A DNA stretch of 64,000 bases, taken from an uncultured Actinomycetota bacterium (GTDB lineage: Bacteria > Actinomycetota > Actinomycetes > JAHEKZ01). Shown piece after piece: positions 39,929 through 49,820 of this stretch (position 1 is the first letter of the stretch; the number at the start of each line of letters is the position of its first letter). Location: the NCBI GenBank assembly GCA_963829525.1, contig CAWHIJ010000003.1, positions 2,016,001-2,080,000 of the forward strand, given 5' to 3'. The translations under genes were made by a program, and so were the position numbers. The notes under the pieces are model-generated. The model was not told the DNA's origin, did no database searches, and saw nothing but the letters and a program-made list of their open reading frames with translations.

Positions 39929-39946
39929 CTACTCGCGCGCCGCGAT

Positions 39947-40742
39947 TCAGCATCCGATATCAACCCAGTGCGGCCTGCGACCCACAAGAACCCCGTGTGC
40001 ACGAGCTCTCTGCCGCATGTGGTTCCGATACCTATGCATCGTGTGATGCGAGAAGTCGGTATGGGTCATGCACTTCCATGACCTGTACCGCTCATAGCGC
40101 AGTGGACTGAGCAGGCTCTCGCCATGGCCGATGACGTTGCGCAGTTTGATGTTGTACTTCGCCATCAGCCACAGCGTCAGGTGGAACGACGCTTTGCGCT
40201 GCCGATCGCGACTCATGACCTGGCGGTCAGATGTGCCCACATGCTCGATGCCGATGGCCATCTGATTCAGTCCAATCGTGTGCCGGCAGCGGAGGTCGAG
40301 CGGCACGGTGCGATATATGCGGCCTCGCGCATCGATGATGAAGTGCGTGCACACCCCTGGCGACTCTCCGATGTCCTTGGTGTTGTTGGCCATCGTCCAC
40401 CAGGCGCTCATCATCGACGGACCATCGGTGTAGTGCTCGACAATCACCCGCGGATTGTTGAGGTGGTACTGCCGCTTTCCATAGTGACGCCCCGAGTATC
40501 TCGCCATTTGCATCTTGCGCATGTGGTGGAAGGGAATCAGCTTGGTCGTCATCTCGGGTCGCAGCGACGAGGCACGCTGCTTCTGGGCCTGGCTGGACTC
40601 CGATCGCGTACGCCTGAGCGGGGCGCGGTGCCCACGCGTGGCTCCAAACGCCGACCACGAGGAGCGCTCCCACCAATGCAACGCCGAGAACTCTGCTGCC
40701 GCTACCCACGTGCCGGTCCGAAGGACTTCTTCGTAGTCTCAT
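39947..40742 (-). CDS. N-acetylmuramoyl-L-alanine amidase (Amidase_2) with N-terminal signal/TM, split by a frameshift at about 40604
   Basis: IVEHYT, THFIID..G.I, HTIGLN..AIGIEHVG, IGHGE, HTD motifs. Hydrophobic leader VLGVALVGALLVVGVW lies in another frame. Confidence 0.78.
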
Positions 40743-40815
40743 TCTGTTAACACTAACCTCGCGCTCCATGTGATCCAGTGCTCAGCAGTGGCTCAATACA
40801 TCCCGGAGGTCTCTC

Positions 40816-42261
40816 GTGCCCACTTATGACGCCCAGCTCTTCATCGCCGGCTCCTACGTCGACGGCGACACCGACGAGGTCATCACCGTCCACTCCCCCG
40901 TCACCGGAGAACACCTGGTCGACCTGCCGGTCCCGTCCGAGGCGCAGGTGGACCAGGCAGTCGATGCCGCCCGGGCCGCCTTCGACCAGTATCGGCACTG
41001 GTCGGCCCAGGAGCGCGCCGACCTCTGCCACCGGGTCGCCGACCTCATCGAGGAAAACGCCGACGAGCTCGCGCGCCTGACCACGATCGAGCAGGGCAAA
41101 CCGCTGCACGCCGAAGCGCACGACGACGTCGAGGACACCGTCAGCCTCTTCCGCGTGTCAGCTGAGGACTCGCTGCGCCTCTATGGCGAGACGATCCCCT
41201 CCGGTGAGCGCAACAAGCGCATGTTCACCTGGCGCGCACCGATCGGCGTCTGGGCAGGCATCACACCGTGGAACTTTCCACTGATGATCGCTGCCGAGTT
41301 CATCGGACCGGCTTTGGCCACCGGTAACGGCATCGTCGCCAAACCGCCGTCCATCACCCCTCTGGCGGCCCTCAAGCTCGGCGAACTTCTCGCTGCGGCG
41401 GGCGTCCCTGACGGGCTGGTCTCGATTCTGCCCGGCGAAGGTGCCATTGGTGAGCAGTTGGTGACCCATCCGGGCGTTGACGCCATTGGTTTCGTCGGAT
41501 CGTCAGCGACCGCCGAGAGGATCGTCAAGGCGGCCGGCCTCAAGCGGTCGATCATCGAGGCTTCCGGCAACGGCCCCGTGGTCGTCCTCGCCGACGCCGA
41601 CATAGAAAAGGCCGCAGCGGCCGCCGTCTATGGCGCCTACTGGAATGCTGGCCAGGTCTGCTGTGCCACCGAGCGGGTCATTGTCGACGCGTCGGTCAAG
41701 GACGAGTTCGTCCAGGCGGCGTTGAAGGCGGCCGAGGCGGTCTCTCTCGGCGACCCGTTCGACAAGCAGACCCTGATGGGCCCGCTCTGCAACGAGATGA
41801 CCGCGGCGAAGATGGATCTCCATGTTGCAGACGCCGTGCAACAGGGCGCGTCCGTGTTGGCCGGGGGCCAGCGCCATGGCGGTCAGCCGACCGACCTCTA
41901 CTACGAGCTCACCGTGCTCGACGGCGTGACCGAGCGGATGCTCGTCTCTCGCGAAGAGTCGTTCGGCCCCATCGTTCCGGTCATTGCCGCCAACGGCGAC
42001 GACGAGGCGCTGCGGATCGCCAACTCTGACTCACTTGGGCTCCAGGCCGCAGTCTTCACCCAATCGCTGCAGCGGGCCTTCCGGTTCAGTCAAGAGATGA
42101 AGTTCGGCTCGGTCGTCGTCAACGACTCCACGGACTACTTCGAGAATGCGCAGCCGTTCGGCGGCGCCGGTGGCACCCGTACTGGCTGGGGACGCGTCGG
42201 TGGTATGGCCCAGATGCGCGACATGACCGACGTCCGCACCACCGTCATCAGCCTGGACTGA
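40816..42261 (+). CDS. aldehyde dehydrogenase
   Basis: ITPWNFP, KP, FVGS, EASGN, NAGQVCCA (catalytic Cys), EESFGP, PFGG. GGAGG RBS. Confidence 0.95.
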   Translation: MPTYDAQLFIAGSYVDGDTDEVITVHSPVTGEHLVDLPVPSEAQVDQAVDAARAAFDQYRHWSAQERADLCHRVADLIEENADELARLTTIEQGKPLHAEAHDDVEDTVSLFRVSAEDSLRLYGETIPSGERNKRMFTWRAPIGVWAGITPWNFPLMIAAEFIGPALATGNGIVAKPPSITPLAALKLGELLAAAGVPDGLVSILPGEGAIGEQLVTHPGVDAIGFVGSSATAERIVKAAGLKRSIIEASGNGPVVVLADADIEKAAAAAVYGAYWNAGQVCCATERVIVDASVKDEFVQAALKAAEAVSLGDPFDKQTLMGPLCNEMTAAKMDLHVADAVQQGASVLAGGQRHGGQPTDLYYELTVLDGVTERMLVSREESFGPIVPVIAANGDDEALRIANSDSLGLQAAVFTQSLQRAFRFSQEMKFGSVVVNDSTDYFENAQPFGGAGGTRTGWGRVGGMAQMRDMTDVRTTVISLD

Positions 42262-42280
42262 CCCCGGAGTCTCGCCGCGT

Positions 42281-42307
42281 GCGCACCAGGTTGACGCATA
42301 GGTGCGC
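42281..42307 (+). terminator. possible intrinsic terminator hairpin
   Basis: GCGCACC...GGTGCGC stem about 20 nt after the ALDH stop. No U-tract. Confidence 0.35.
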
Positions 42308-42361
42308 TGAGTGCCGGTTCTGCGACAGGCTGGCGCTGATCTGACACTCCGGAGGTTTCTC

Positions 42362-42988
42362 ATGTCCTGGTCCCCGTATCCGACCGAAGCGCGCCAACGT
42401 CGAGCCACCGTCTCGCGCGACGTCCTGGCCATCCTCGCGATCGTCCTGCTGGCCTGGCTGGGACGCCGCGTCTATCAGCTCGTCGACGACCTCCGGACGG
42501 TCACCGACGCCGTTAACAACGCAGGCGCCTCCGTGCAGGACGGCTTTCAGACGGCTGCTGATGCCATTTCAGGGACACCACTAATCGGGGACGACATTGC
42601 CGGCGCCTTGGAGTCAGCCGGTGACGCAGGCGGCGGTAACGTCGTCGACCTCGCCCTGACCGGAGACACCGCGATCCACCGACTTGCGCTCGCCCTCGGC
42701 CTGTTGACCTTCCTCATTCCGACCCTGATCCTTTTGCTTCTCTACATCCCGATGCGCGTCGGCCAGACCAGGCGACTCCACGCGTCACGACTGGCCTACC
42801 GCGACGAGCACAACCCCGAGCGGCGAAGACTCCTCGCGATGCGGGCGGCTATGTCGCTCCCCGCCGACCACCTTCTCAAGTTCAGCCCTGACCCGATCGG
42901 TGACCTCCTCCGCGGCGACCACGATGCCCTTGTGGCTGCCCTTCTCTCCGAGGCTGGAATGGCTCCTGCCCGGGCACCGGCTGGATAG
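42362..42988 (+). CDS. conserved actinobacterial transmembrane protein
   Basis: GGAGG RBS, two TM segments flanking a helical region (P.IGD.I), LLAMRA motif. Confidence 0.8.
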   Translation: MSWSPYPTEARQRRATVSRDVLAILAIVLLAWLGRRVYQLVDDLRTVTDAVNNAGASVQDGFQTAADAISGTPLIGDDIAGALESAGDAGGGNVVDLALTGDTAIHRLALALGLLTFLIPTLILLLLYIPMRVGQTRRLHASRLAYRDEHNPERRRLLAMRAAMSLPADHLLKFSPDPIGDLLRGDHDALVAALLSEAGMAPARAPAG

Positions 42989-43086
42989 CCCAACGTCCCG
43001 ATCCGGCGACAGTGGACATTGGTCACTTGCCACACAGGGGTCGACACCAGTAATCAGGACATGTCGACCATGAAAGGCGGCTTTGA

Positions 43087-44238
43087 ATGGGTCTGCTCAC
43101 TTTGGGTGTGCTCGGTACCTCCACCAAGGAGAACGAGAAGCGCCTCGCGATCCACCCCTCTCACATCGAGCGGATCGACGAGGACCTGAGGGCGCACATC
43201 TACCTCGAGCACGGCTACGGCGAAAGGTACGGCGTCCGCGACAGCCATCTGGCGCCACTGGTGGGTGGCATGATGTCGCACGACGAGATCATCGCGGCGT
43301 CAGACATCGTGCTGCTCCCCAAGCCGACGCTGGCCGATATCCGCGGGCTCCGTGACGGCCAGGTCTTGTGGGGCTGGCCACACTGCGTCCAGGACGCACC
43401 GCTGACCCAGCTGGCGATCGACAAGCGGCTCACGCTGATCGCGTGGGAGGCGATGAACCACTGGACTCCGCACGGCACGTTCATCGTGCACGTCTTCCAC
43501 CTCAACAACGAGATGGCCGGCTACAGCTCGGTGTTGCACGCCCTAGCACTCGCCGGATCGACCGGTCACTACGGCCGCCAGCTCAACGCAGCAGTGATCG
43601 GGTTCGGTAACACCGCTCGGGGCGCCATCACCGCCCTGCAAGCTCTTGGCATCCACGACGTCACCGTTCTTACCATGCGAGACGTGACTGCCGTCGCTTC
43701 ACCTATCCCGTCGATGGTTCTCGACCACCTCGATCGTCGAACAGATGACCCCACCCGCACCCAGGTACTGGTCGACGAGGAGTACATCACCGCGGCCGAG
43801 TTCCTCGCCGGCCATGACATCGTCGTGAACTGCGTCTTGCAGGACACCGACAACCCTCTGATGTTCGTAGACGACGAGGAGGTAGCGCTCTTCCCAGCGG
43901 GCTCCCTTCTGATTGACGTGTCGTGCGACCTGGGGATGGGCTTCTCGTTTGCCCGCCCGACCACCTTTGAGGAACCGACGTTCACCGTCGGCGACGGTGT
44001 CATGTACTACGGCGTCGACCACAGTCCTGCGTACCTCTGGAACTCAGCCACCTGGGGCATCAGCGAGGCGCTCCTGCCCTATGTACGGACCGTCATGTCC
44101 GGCTCCGAAGCATGGGATGACGAACCGACCATCAAGCGGGCGATCGAGATCCGCAGCGGCGTCGTCCAGAACCCGAAGATCTTGACCTTCCAGCGCCGCG
44201 CGACCGATCACCCGCACCCGCACGTCGACAACTTCTAG
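43087..44238 (+). CDS. N(5)-(carboxyethyl)ornithine synthase-like NAD(P)H oxidoreductase (AlaDH/PNT family)
   Basis: S.KENEKR.AIHP, EHGYG, WGWPHCVQ, NNEMAGY, IGFGNTARGA, DVSCD, YGVDHSP. Confidence 0.88.
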   Translation: MGLLTLGVLGTSTKENEKRLAIHPSHIERIDEDLRAHIYLEHGYGERYGVRDSHLAPLVGGMMSHDEIIAASDIVLLPKPTLADIRGLRDGQVLWGWPHCVQDAPLTQLAIDKRLTLIAWEAMNHWTPHGTFIVHVFHLNNEMAGYSSVLHALALAGSTGHYGRQLNAAVIGFGNTARGAITALQALGIHDVTVLTMRDVTAVASPIPSMVLDHLDRRTDDPTRTQVLVDEEYITAAEFLAGHDIVVNCVLQDTDNPLMFVDDEEVALFPAGSLLIDVSCDLGMGFSFARPTTFEEPTFTVGDGVMYYGVDHSPAYLWNSATWGISEALLPYVRTVMSGSEAWDDEPTIKRAIEIRSGVVQNPKILTFQRRATDHPHPHVDNF

Positions 44239-44263
44239 CTGCGGGCCAACGGCCCACAAGCGG

Positions 44264-45028
44264 CTAAGGAAGACACGCCACCCAGAGCTCTTCGGCCGGC
44301 CACCGACTGGCCCACTCAGCCGAGACGATGTCGTAGTACTCGGGGGACGCCGAGCCGTCGGGTGGGTAGAGCTCGTGCAGCGCTTCGACGACAAAGCCAT
44401 GCCGGCGGAGCACGGCGATCCACTCCCCATGACTGAGGTGGTGTTCCACTCCGCCCCCCGGCCAGGCGACCGGCGAGAGTCCTCGCTGCCCCCGCAGCAA
44501 CCGTTCACCCGCGATGCCGCCTTCTGCGGGTACACACAGAGTCGACAACAGGCTGTTCACCAGGAAGACCAGCCGTCCCCCCGGACGCAGGAGTCGGGCG
44601 GCCTCACGGACCCAGGCGTCCGGACGGCACCACACACCGGCACCGTGCTCGCTGACGACGAGGTCAAAGCCGTCGTTGGGCAAGGGCACGTCCTCGGCGT
44701 CGGCCTCGACCAGAGGGAACGAGAGCCCGAACTCCTCCTGGCACCGGCGAGCGGTCTCCAGCTGCGCCGGCGTCAGATCGACGGCCACCGGGTGAGCGCC
44801 CGCCCGCATCAGCCACGCCGAGAAGTACGCGCTGCCGCATCCGAGCTCGAGGGCGTCGAGGCCTGAGACGTCTCCCAGGACCTCCAGCTCTCCTTCAGGG
44901 ATGCCGAACAGCCCCCAGCGAATGTGATCGGCTGCCCATTGGCGACGGGCGTCCTCATCGGTGTGCTGGGCGTTGACCAGCGTCCAGATCTCACGGTTAC
45001 CGGCGAGGTCGGGATTCGGGGTCGGCAC
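44264..45028 (-). CDS. class I SAM-dependent methyltransferase
   Basis: LELGCGSAY, VDLT..QL, FDLVVSEHG, LLRPGG. GTG 45028 preceded by a CAGGGT -10-like element. Confidence 0.9.
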   Translation of the reverse strand: MPTPNPDLAGNREIWTLVNAQHTDEDARRQWAADHIRWGLFGIPEGELEVLGDVSGLDALELGCGSAYFSAWLMRAGAHPVAVDLTPAQLETARRCQEEFGLSFPLVEADAEDVPLPNDGFDLVVSEHGAGVWCRPDAWVREAARLLRPGGRLVFLVNSLLSTLCVPAEGGIAGERLLRGQRGLSPVAWPGGGVEHHLSHGEWIAVLRRHGFVVEALHELYPPDGSASPEYYDIVSAEWASRWPAEELWVACLP

Positions 45029-45071
45029 GTTCCGAACCCTGCCACATGTGAAGCAGAGCAGGCGCATTCTT

Positions 45072-48000
45072 CTAGGGCCCGACGTCGCCTGGTTCCGGCA
45101 GATACGGTGGGACGTTCGTAGTCTCGTTCGGTAGGAATCTCACACCCAGCCGAGCAAAGAGTTCCTGGCCTTCTCGGGTCACCCTGACCCCCTCAGCAAT
45201 CCGCTCTTCCGCCACGAGGCAGCGGCCGAGGCCGAGGAGTGCGAAGCCTTGCTCCGGCACTACACCAAACTCCCTCCATCTACGTTCGGCTTCGATGTAC
45301 AGGGCCACTGCACGAACGGTGTCGCCCGTCGCCTCAGCCAATGCTGCGTTCGCGGCCAGTCGTGCATGCTGGGTGTAGAGGTACGGGGTCTCGATGCCCT
45401 CCACCAGCCGTCGAGCCAGACCGACCTGCCCCTGGGATATGGCGGCCCGCACCATCGCGGGAAGCAGCGCCGGGTAGTACTGCGTATCGCGCGCACCGGC
45501 TCTCGCATCGACCTCAGCGAGCAGGGCGATGGCTGTCTGGCCTTCGCCCCAAGCGACTCGCGCCAACGCGGCGGACCCCAATCCGATCACAACGTCCTCG
45601 GCCGACCCCTGCTCACGTGCGATGGACTCGACCCAGTCGACGTCCTCTCGCACAACTTCCGCTTGCCCTCGCAGGGTCAGAACACGAATGAGAACGGCGC
45701 GAACTCCCATTAAGTCGAATACGTCACCTGAATCTTGCAGGTGCTCGACCAGGTGGCGCGCCACATCGTCAACCTCATCAAAGGCACCTATGTCGGTGAG
45801 GCAATCAAGTGTGCTCGCTGAGATGGTGACCGCCCAACCGGCCAACCCGCGCGGCTCGGCAAACGCGATGCCCGCCCGTAACACTCCGAGAGCAGCCCCT
45901 GGGCCCTCGAGCGTCCAAAGCGCCATCCCCAGATTGTTGTGCAGCATGGCGACGCCTTCTCCCTGGCCTGCTTCGGTGGCCAAAGCGATCGCCTGCCGCA
46001 TGTCGTCGATACCCCTTCCGTCTCCTAGCAGGCTCCGAGCAACCCCGCGGTATCCCAGCGCTCGGGCGGGCTGAGGCAGACCTAGCTCGTCTGCCAAGGT
46101 CAGAGCGTGGTCCGCATGCTCGAGCCCCGTCAGCGCACGTCCCTGGAGGGCCTCGTCCATAGCCAGACTGGCCAGAGCGTCGACCAGTTGGGGCCCGGGA
46201 GGCAAGGGACTGAGAATCTCCACCTCTTGCGCCGAAAGAGTCGCCCATCGTCGATCACCGAGCCTGGACAGTGCCGTGGACAACTGTGTCATCGCTGCAG
46301 CAGCGTCGGCCAGGTTGTCAGACTCCCTGAGGGCTGGGATCGCCTCCTCCAGCGGAGCGACCGCATCGGCATAGCGGCCAACATCGGCTAGCGCTTCAGC
46401 CCAGCGAGTCAAGATCTTGGGCCGTTCTGCGTCCCCAGCAGCGGTGAGGCGCAGGGCACGCTCCAACGAAGTCAAAGCAGCACCGGTGTTCAGCCCAAGG
46501 GCTCGTTCGCCGGCCAGCGTGAGAAAGTGAAGCGTTGGCGCTCGAAGCTCTTCGGCCAGCTCGGGCTCGCCAGCGGCTTCTGCCAGTTCGCGCGCCGTGG
46601 CGTAGTGGTGTGCAAGTACGTCGGCCGCGTCTTCGATCCGCGCTGGCGCCATTGTCTCGATCCATCGCGCGGCAACCACGTGACGTGAGGCACGCGCCGC
46701 TCTGGGCAGATGCGAATACGCGACCTCGCGCACCAGCGAGTGAACAAAGGAGTACTCCAGCTCACCTTCGAACGACGGCTGCCGGACTGGGCGAACGAGT
46801 TCCCTGTGCGCCAGTTGCTCCAGCACCGCGACGACCTCATCCTTCGACCGATCCGCCATGTCAGCAACAGCGCCAGCCCAGAACACCGTTCCGATCACGG
46901 ACGCGTCGGTGAGTACGGACTTCTCCTCGCGACCCAGACTGTCAAGGCGGGCGGAGATCAGGGCACGAACCGAGTCAGAGACTGGCACGTCAGCGTTCTC
47001 GACCAGCTCCCATCTAGGCCCCTGCTCCACCAGCAAGTCCCGGTCTTTCAGGAGGCGCACGAACTCCTCGGCGTACAGGGGATTGCCTCCCGACCGAACG
47101 ACCACCGAGTGCTGCACCTCCTCGGGAAGTCGAGCCGAACCCAGCAGACCCGAGATCAATCGGGCGGTCTCACGTTCTGACAACGGCGCAAGATGGATAC
47201 TCGAGTTCTCCCGGATCGAGGCTGCATAGCGCGGATGTTCGTCGAGAAGCTCGGGTCGTGCTGTTCCCACCACAAGCAGAGGAACGCCCTTCGCATGGTT
47301 CGACAGGTGCTCCAAGAACTCCAACATCGCCTCGTCTGCCCAGTGCAAGTCTTCAAAGACCACGACCGTGGGGTCGGCCGCGGCGATGTACTCAAGGAAT
47401 CGACGCCATGCGGTGAACAGTTCCTCCCGCTGTGCTCCGGACGAAGCCTCGACACCGAGCAGAGGCAGCAGCCGCTGGTGAAACCACTCACGTTCTGGAC
47501 CTTCGGGCAGCACCTCGGCCAGTTTGCGGGCAGCAACTCCGGCTGAGTCAGACTCCAAGATCCCGGCATGCGACTTGACGATGTCACTCAGCGCCCAGAA
47601 GGTGATTCCTTCTCCGTACGGGAGGCACCGACCCTGTCTCCAGTTGACCAGCTCGGGACGCGCATCGACGTAGCGGGCGAGTTCGGTGACGAGTCGGCTC
47701 TTGCCGAGCCCGGGGTCACCAACGACAGTGACCGACTGAACGGTCTCCTCCTCGAGCGACTTACTGAAGAGCCCCTTCATCAAGGCGAGGTCGACGTGGC
47801 GTCCCACGAATGGAGCATCGAAACTGCGGCTGAGATCTGCCGAGACGCGGGCGCGCGGTGATTCGGCCAGGAAGACCTGAAGCGGTGCCGACTTGCCCTT
47901 GACCGAGACCGGAGGTAGCGCGGTGTAGTTGATCACCGTTGAGGTCGCCAGATAGGTCGCAAGCCCAACAGCAACACCCATCTCTGGCGCAATCGATTGC

Positions 48001-48500
48001 AGACGTGATGCAGTGTTGATCGTGTCACCAGTGACGAACCCCTCTACGTCACCAGCACTGAGGCCCATGCGTACCAGGACCTCGCCGGTGTTGATCCCAA
48101 CACGCAACTTGAGCGGGCTGGAATCCACTGCCCGCAGCTGCTCAATACTCTCAACCATTCGGTGCGCAGCACGCACTGCGCGTTCGGGATCATCCTCGTG
48201 TCCAGCGGGAACTCCGAACACACCGACAACGGCGTCTCCGATGAACTTCTCGACAATCCCTCCATAATCCTGAACGTACTGGCGTGCCATCGTGAAGTAC
48301 GCCGACAGCATGTGCCTCACATCTTCAGGATCAGCTAACTCGGAGACTTCGGTGAACCCCACCAAGTCACAGAACAGAACCGTTACGACCTTTCGTTCCT
48401 CAATCACGGGTTTTCCCGGCTGTGACATTGCTGCACCACAGTGGCCGCAGAAGTTGCTGGCCGCAGAGTTCTCATGACTGCACGAAGCGCACTTCATCAC
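45072..48500 (-). CDS. zinc-ribbon + class III adenylate/guanylate cyclase + STAND/AAA ATPase + TPR-like protein
   Basis: CASC..NFCGHCG, LFCDLVGFT, KFIGDAV, GDTINTASRLQ, Walker A GDPGLGKS, Walker B VVFEDLHWAD, GGNPLY, helical C-terminus. Confidence 0.92.
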   Translation of the reverse strand: MMKCASCSHENSAASNFCGHCGAAMSQPGKPVIEERKVVTVLFCDLVGFTEVSELADPEDVRHMLSAYFTMARQYVQDYGGIVEKFIGDAVVGVFGVPAGHEDDPERAVRAAHRMVESIEQLRAVDSSPLKLRVGINTGEVLVRMGLSAGDVEGFVTGDTINTASRLQSIAPEMGVAVGLATYLATSTVINYTALPPVSVKGKSAPLQVFLAESPRARVSADLSRSFDAPFVGRHVDLALMKGLFSKSLEEETVQSVTVVGDPGLGKSRLVTELARYVDARPELVNWRQGRCLPYGEGITFWALSDIVKSHAGILESDSAGVAARKLAEVLPEGPEREWFHQRLLPLLGVEASSGAQREELFTAWRRFLEYIAAADPTVVVFEDLHWADEAMLEFLEHLSNHAKGVPLLVVGTARPELLDEHPRYAASIRENSSIHLAPLSERETARLISGLLGSARLPEEVQHSVVVRSGGNPLYAEEFVRLLKDRDLLVEQGPRWELVENADVPVSDSVRALISARLDSLGREEKSVLTDASVIGTVFWAGAVADMADRSKDEVVAVLEQLAHRELVRPVRQPSFEGELEYSFVHSLVREVAYSHLPRAARASRHVVAARWIETMAPARIEDAADVLAHHYATARELAEAAGEPELAEELRAPTLHFLTLAGERALGLNTGAALTSLERALRLTAAGDAERPKILTRWAEALADVGRYADAVAPLEEAIPALRESDNLADAAAAMTQLSTALSRLGDRRWATLSAQEVEILSPLPPGPQLVDALASLAMDEALQGRALTGLEHADHALTLADELGLPQPARALGYRGVARSLLGDGRGIDDMRQAIALATEAGQGEGVAMLHNNLGMALWTLEGPGAALGVLRAGIAFAEPRGLAGWAVTISASTLDCLTDIGAFDEVDDVARHLVEHLQDSGDVFDLMGVRAVLIRVLTLRGQAEVVREDVDWVESIAREQGSAEDVVIGLGSAALARVAWGEGQTAIALLAEVDARAGARDTQYYPALLPAMVRAAISQGQVGLARRLVEGIETPYLYTQHARLAANAALAEATGDTVRAVALYIEAERRWREFGVVPEQGFALLGLGRCLVAEERIAEGVRVTREGQELFARLGVRFLPNETTNVPPYLPEPGDVGP

Positions 48501-48607
48501 TTGGTCAGACTAGAGCGTGCTTCTCGACGAGTCAGCAGTCTGAGAACTGCTGGCACACCAAAATGAAGGGGCTCGACGTCACGATCACCAAAGGACGACG
48601 GGTGCAG

Positions 48608-49696
48608 CTAGGCGGACTTACTGCCTTCCACAGCTGTACCCCCGTGGTGCAGTCGGTATTCGTACACCGGGCGGTATCGGTCGTACAGCGTGATCAGGAC
48701 GCTGAACAGCACCAGGAAGAAGATGAGATCGCCGAGAGACGTCTGGATCTCAAAGAAGATGTCCAGGCCGACGATCAACCCGATGTTGACGACCAGTCGT
48801 GCCACGAAGGTCGCCAGCACCGACTCAGTGCTGTAATTGCGGCGCGCGACCCATAGGCCGATCACTGCGTTCAGCAGAACGAAGACGCCCACCCAGACGA
48901 AAAGCCTCACGTTGCTGAGATCCGTGGTCGGCAGAACGGAAGCGAAGATGATGAACAGCAGCCCGATGAGGAAGGTCTTCTCCAGGGAGGCCACCGACCA
49001 GACCTTCCCGTAACGCGCCATGTAGGCCGTGCGCTCGCCTGCGGTGTCGATCTCCGGGGGAATGGGCTGGGCGACGATCTGCCACCTGTGGTCGGCCGGG
49101 TCGAGCCGCGGCCTCACGGCGAACCACAGTACGAGCACGATGACGATTGACCCGCCGATGATGAGCGGCGCGAACCACGAGACGTCCTTCCAGGTGTCGG
49201 TGAAGTCCAGCTGTGCGATGTGGATCCAGTACTCCTGCGGCAGCTTGATGAAGATCCAGATGAACGCAGCCGTCAGCACCCAGAACTTCATCTGGAAACG
49301 AACCGTGTTCCAGCGCGAGCGAATTCCTTCGTAGGCGATGAAGAAGTACTCGAAAGTGTTGGGGAAGATCAGCAGGATGGCTCGCACCTGCGTCAGCTCG
49401 AAAGCGACGACACCGATCTGACGGTAGAAGAACAAGAAGCGCGAGACGCTGAAAGCCGACAGGTTGACCCAGTTTCGCATCGTCGATATGTAGGCGACGC
49501 CGAGGTAGAAGACATCCATGGCCTTGTCGTAGCCCTGGTACCACTCGGGGTCATAGCCGAACCACTGGAAGATCGTCTGGTCCATCCCGTCGAGGACGAG
49601 GCAGGCGACGACACCCGGAAGCGGATACCTCAAGATGGTGAGGGGCAGGACAAAGCGCGCCAGCAACACGGTTCCAAAGACGACCTCGAACGGCAT
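48608..49696 (-). CDS. multi-pass membrane protein of unknown function (degenerate CDP-alcohol phosphotransferase-like Asp motif)
   Basis: GAGGAG RBS, about 9-10 hydrophobic segments, D36-x2-D39-x17-D57-x3-D61. Confidence 0.85.
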   Translation of the reverse strand: MPFEVVFGTVLLARFVLPLTILRYPLPGVVACLVLDGMDQTIFQWFGYDPEWYQGYDKAMDVFYLGVAYISTMRNWVNLSAFSVSRFLFFYRQIGVVAFELTQVRAILLIFPNTFEYFFIAYEGIRSRWNTVRFQMKFWVLTAAFIWIFIKLPQEYWIHIAQLDFTDTWKDVSWFAPLIIGGSIVIVLVLWFAVRPRLDPADHRWQIVAQPIPPEIDTAGERTAYMARYGKVWSVASLEKTFLIGLLFIIFASVLPTTDLSNVRLFVWVGVFVLLNAVIGLWVARRNYSTESVLATFVARLVVNIGLIVGLDIFFEIQTSLGDLIFFLVLFSVLITLYDRYRPVYEYRLHHGGTAVEGSKSA

Positions 49697-49820
49697 GGAC
49701 GTGCTCCTCAGGGCTGGTGCGCAGAACTGTAGGCTGGACCTTATCGTCCAACCCCTTAGGATCCAGCCCTAATGGCTGCGGCAAGGTTGGAGTGTCCTTT
49801 CACTCACACGAGGAGATCGC

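Noticed and set aside
43011-43027. AGTGGACATTGGTCACT as a DosR/DevR-like box upstream of the CEOS-like gene
   Set aside because: Only 12/17 positions are symmetric and it is a single copy, which is too weak without a PWM scan.
49774-49786. GGCTGCGGCAAGG resembling part of the rifamycin-associated element as I recall it
   Set aside because: Not a full palindrome, and it lies upstream of a peroxiredoxin 18 kb from arr.
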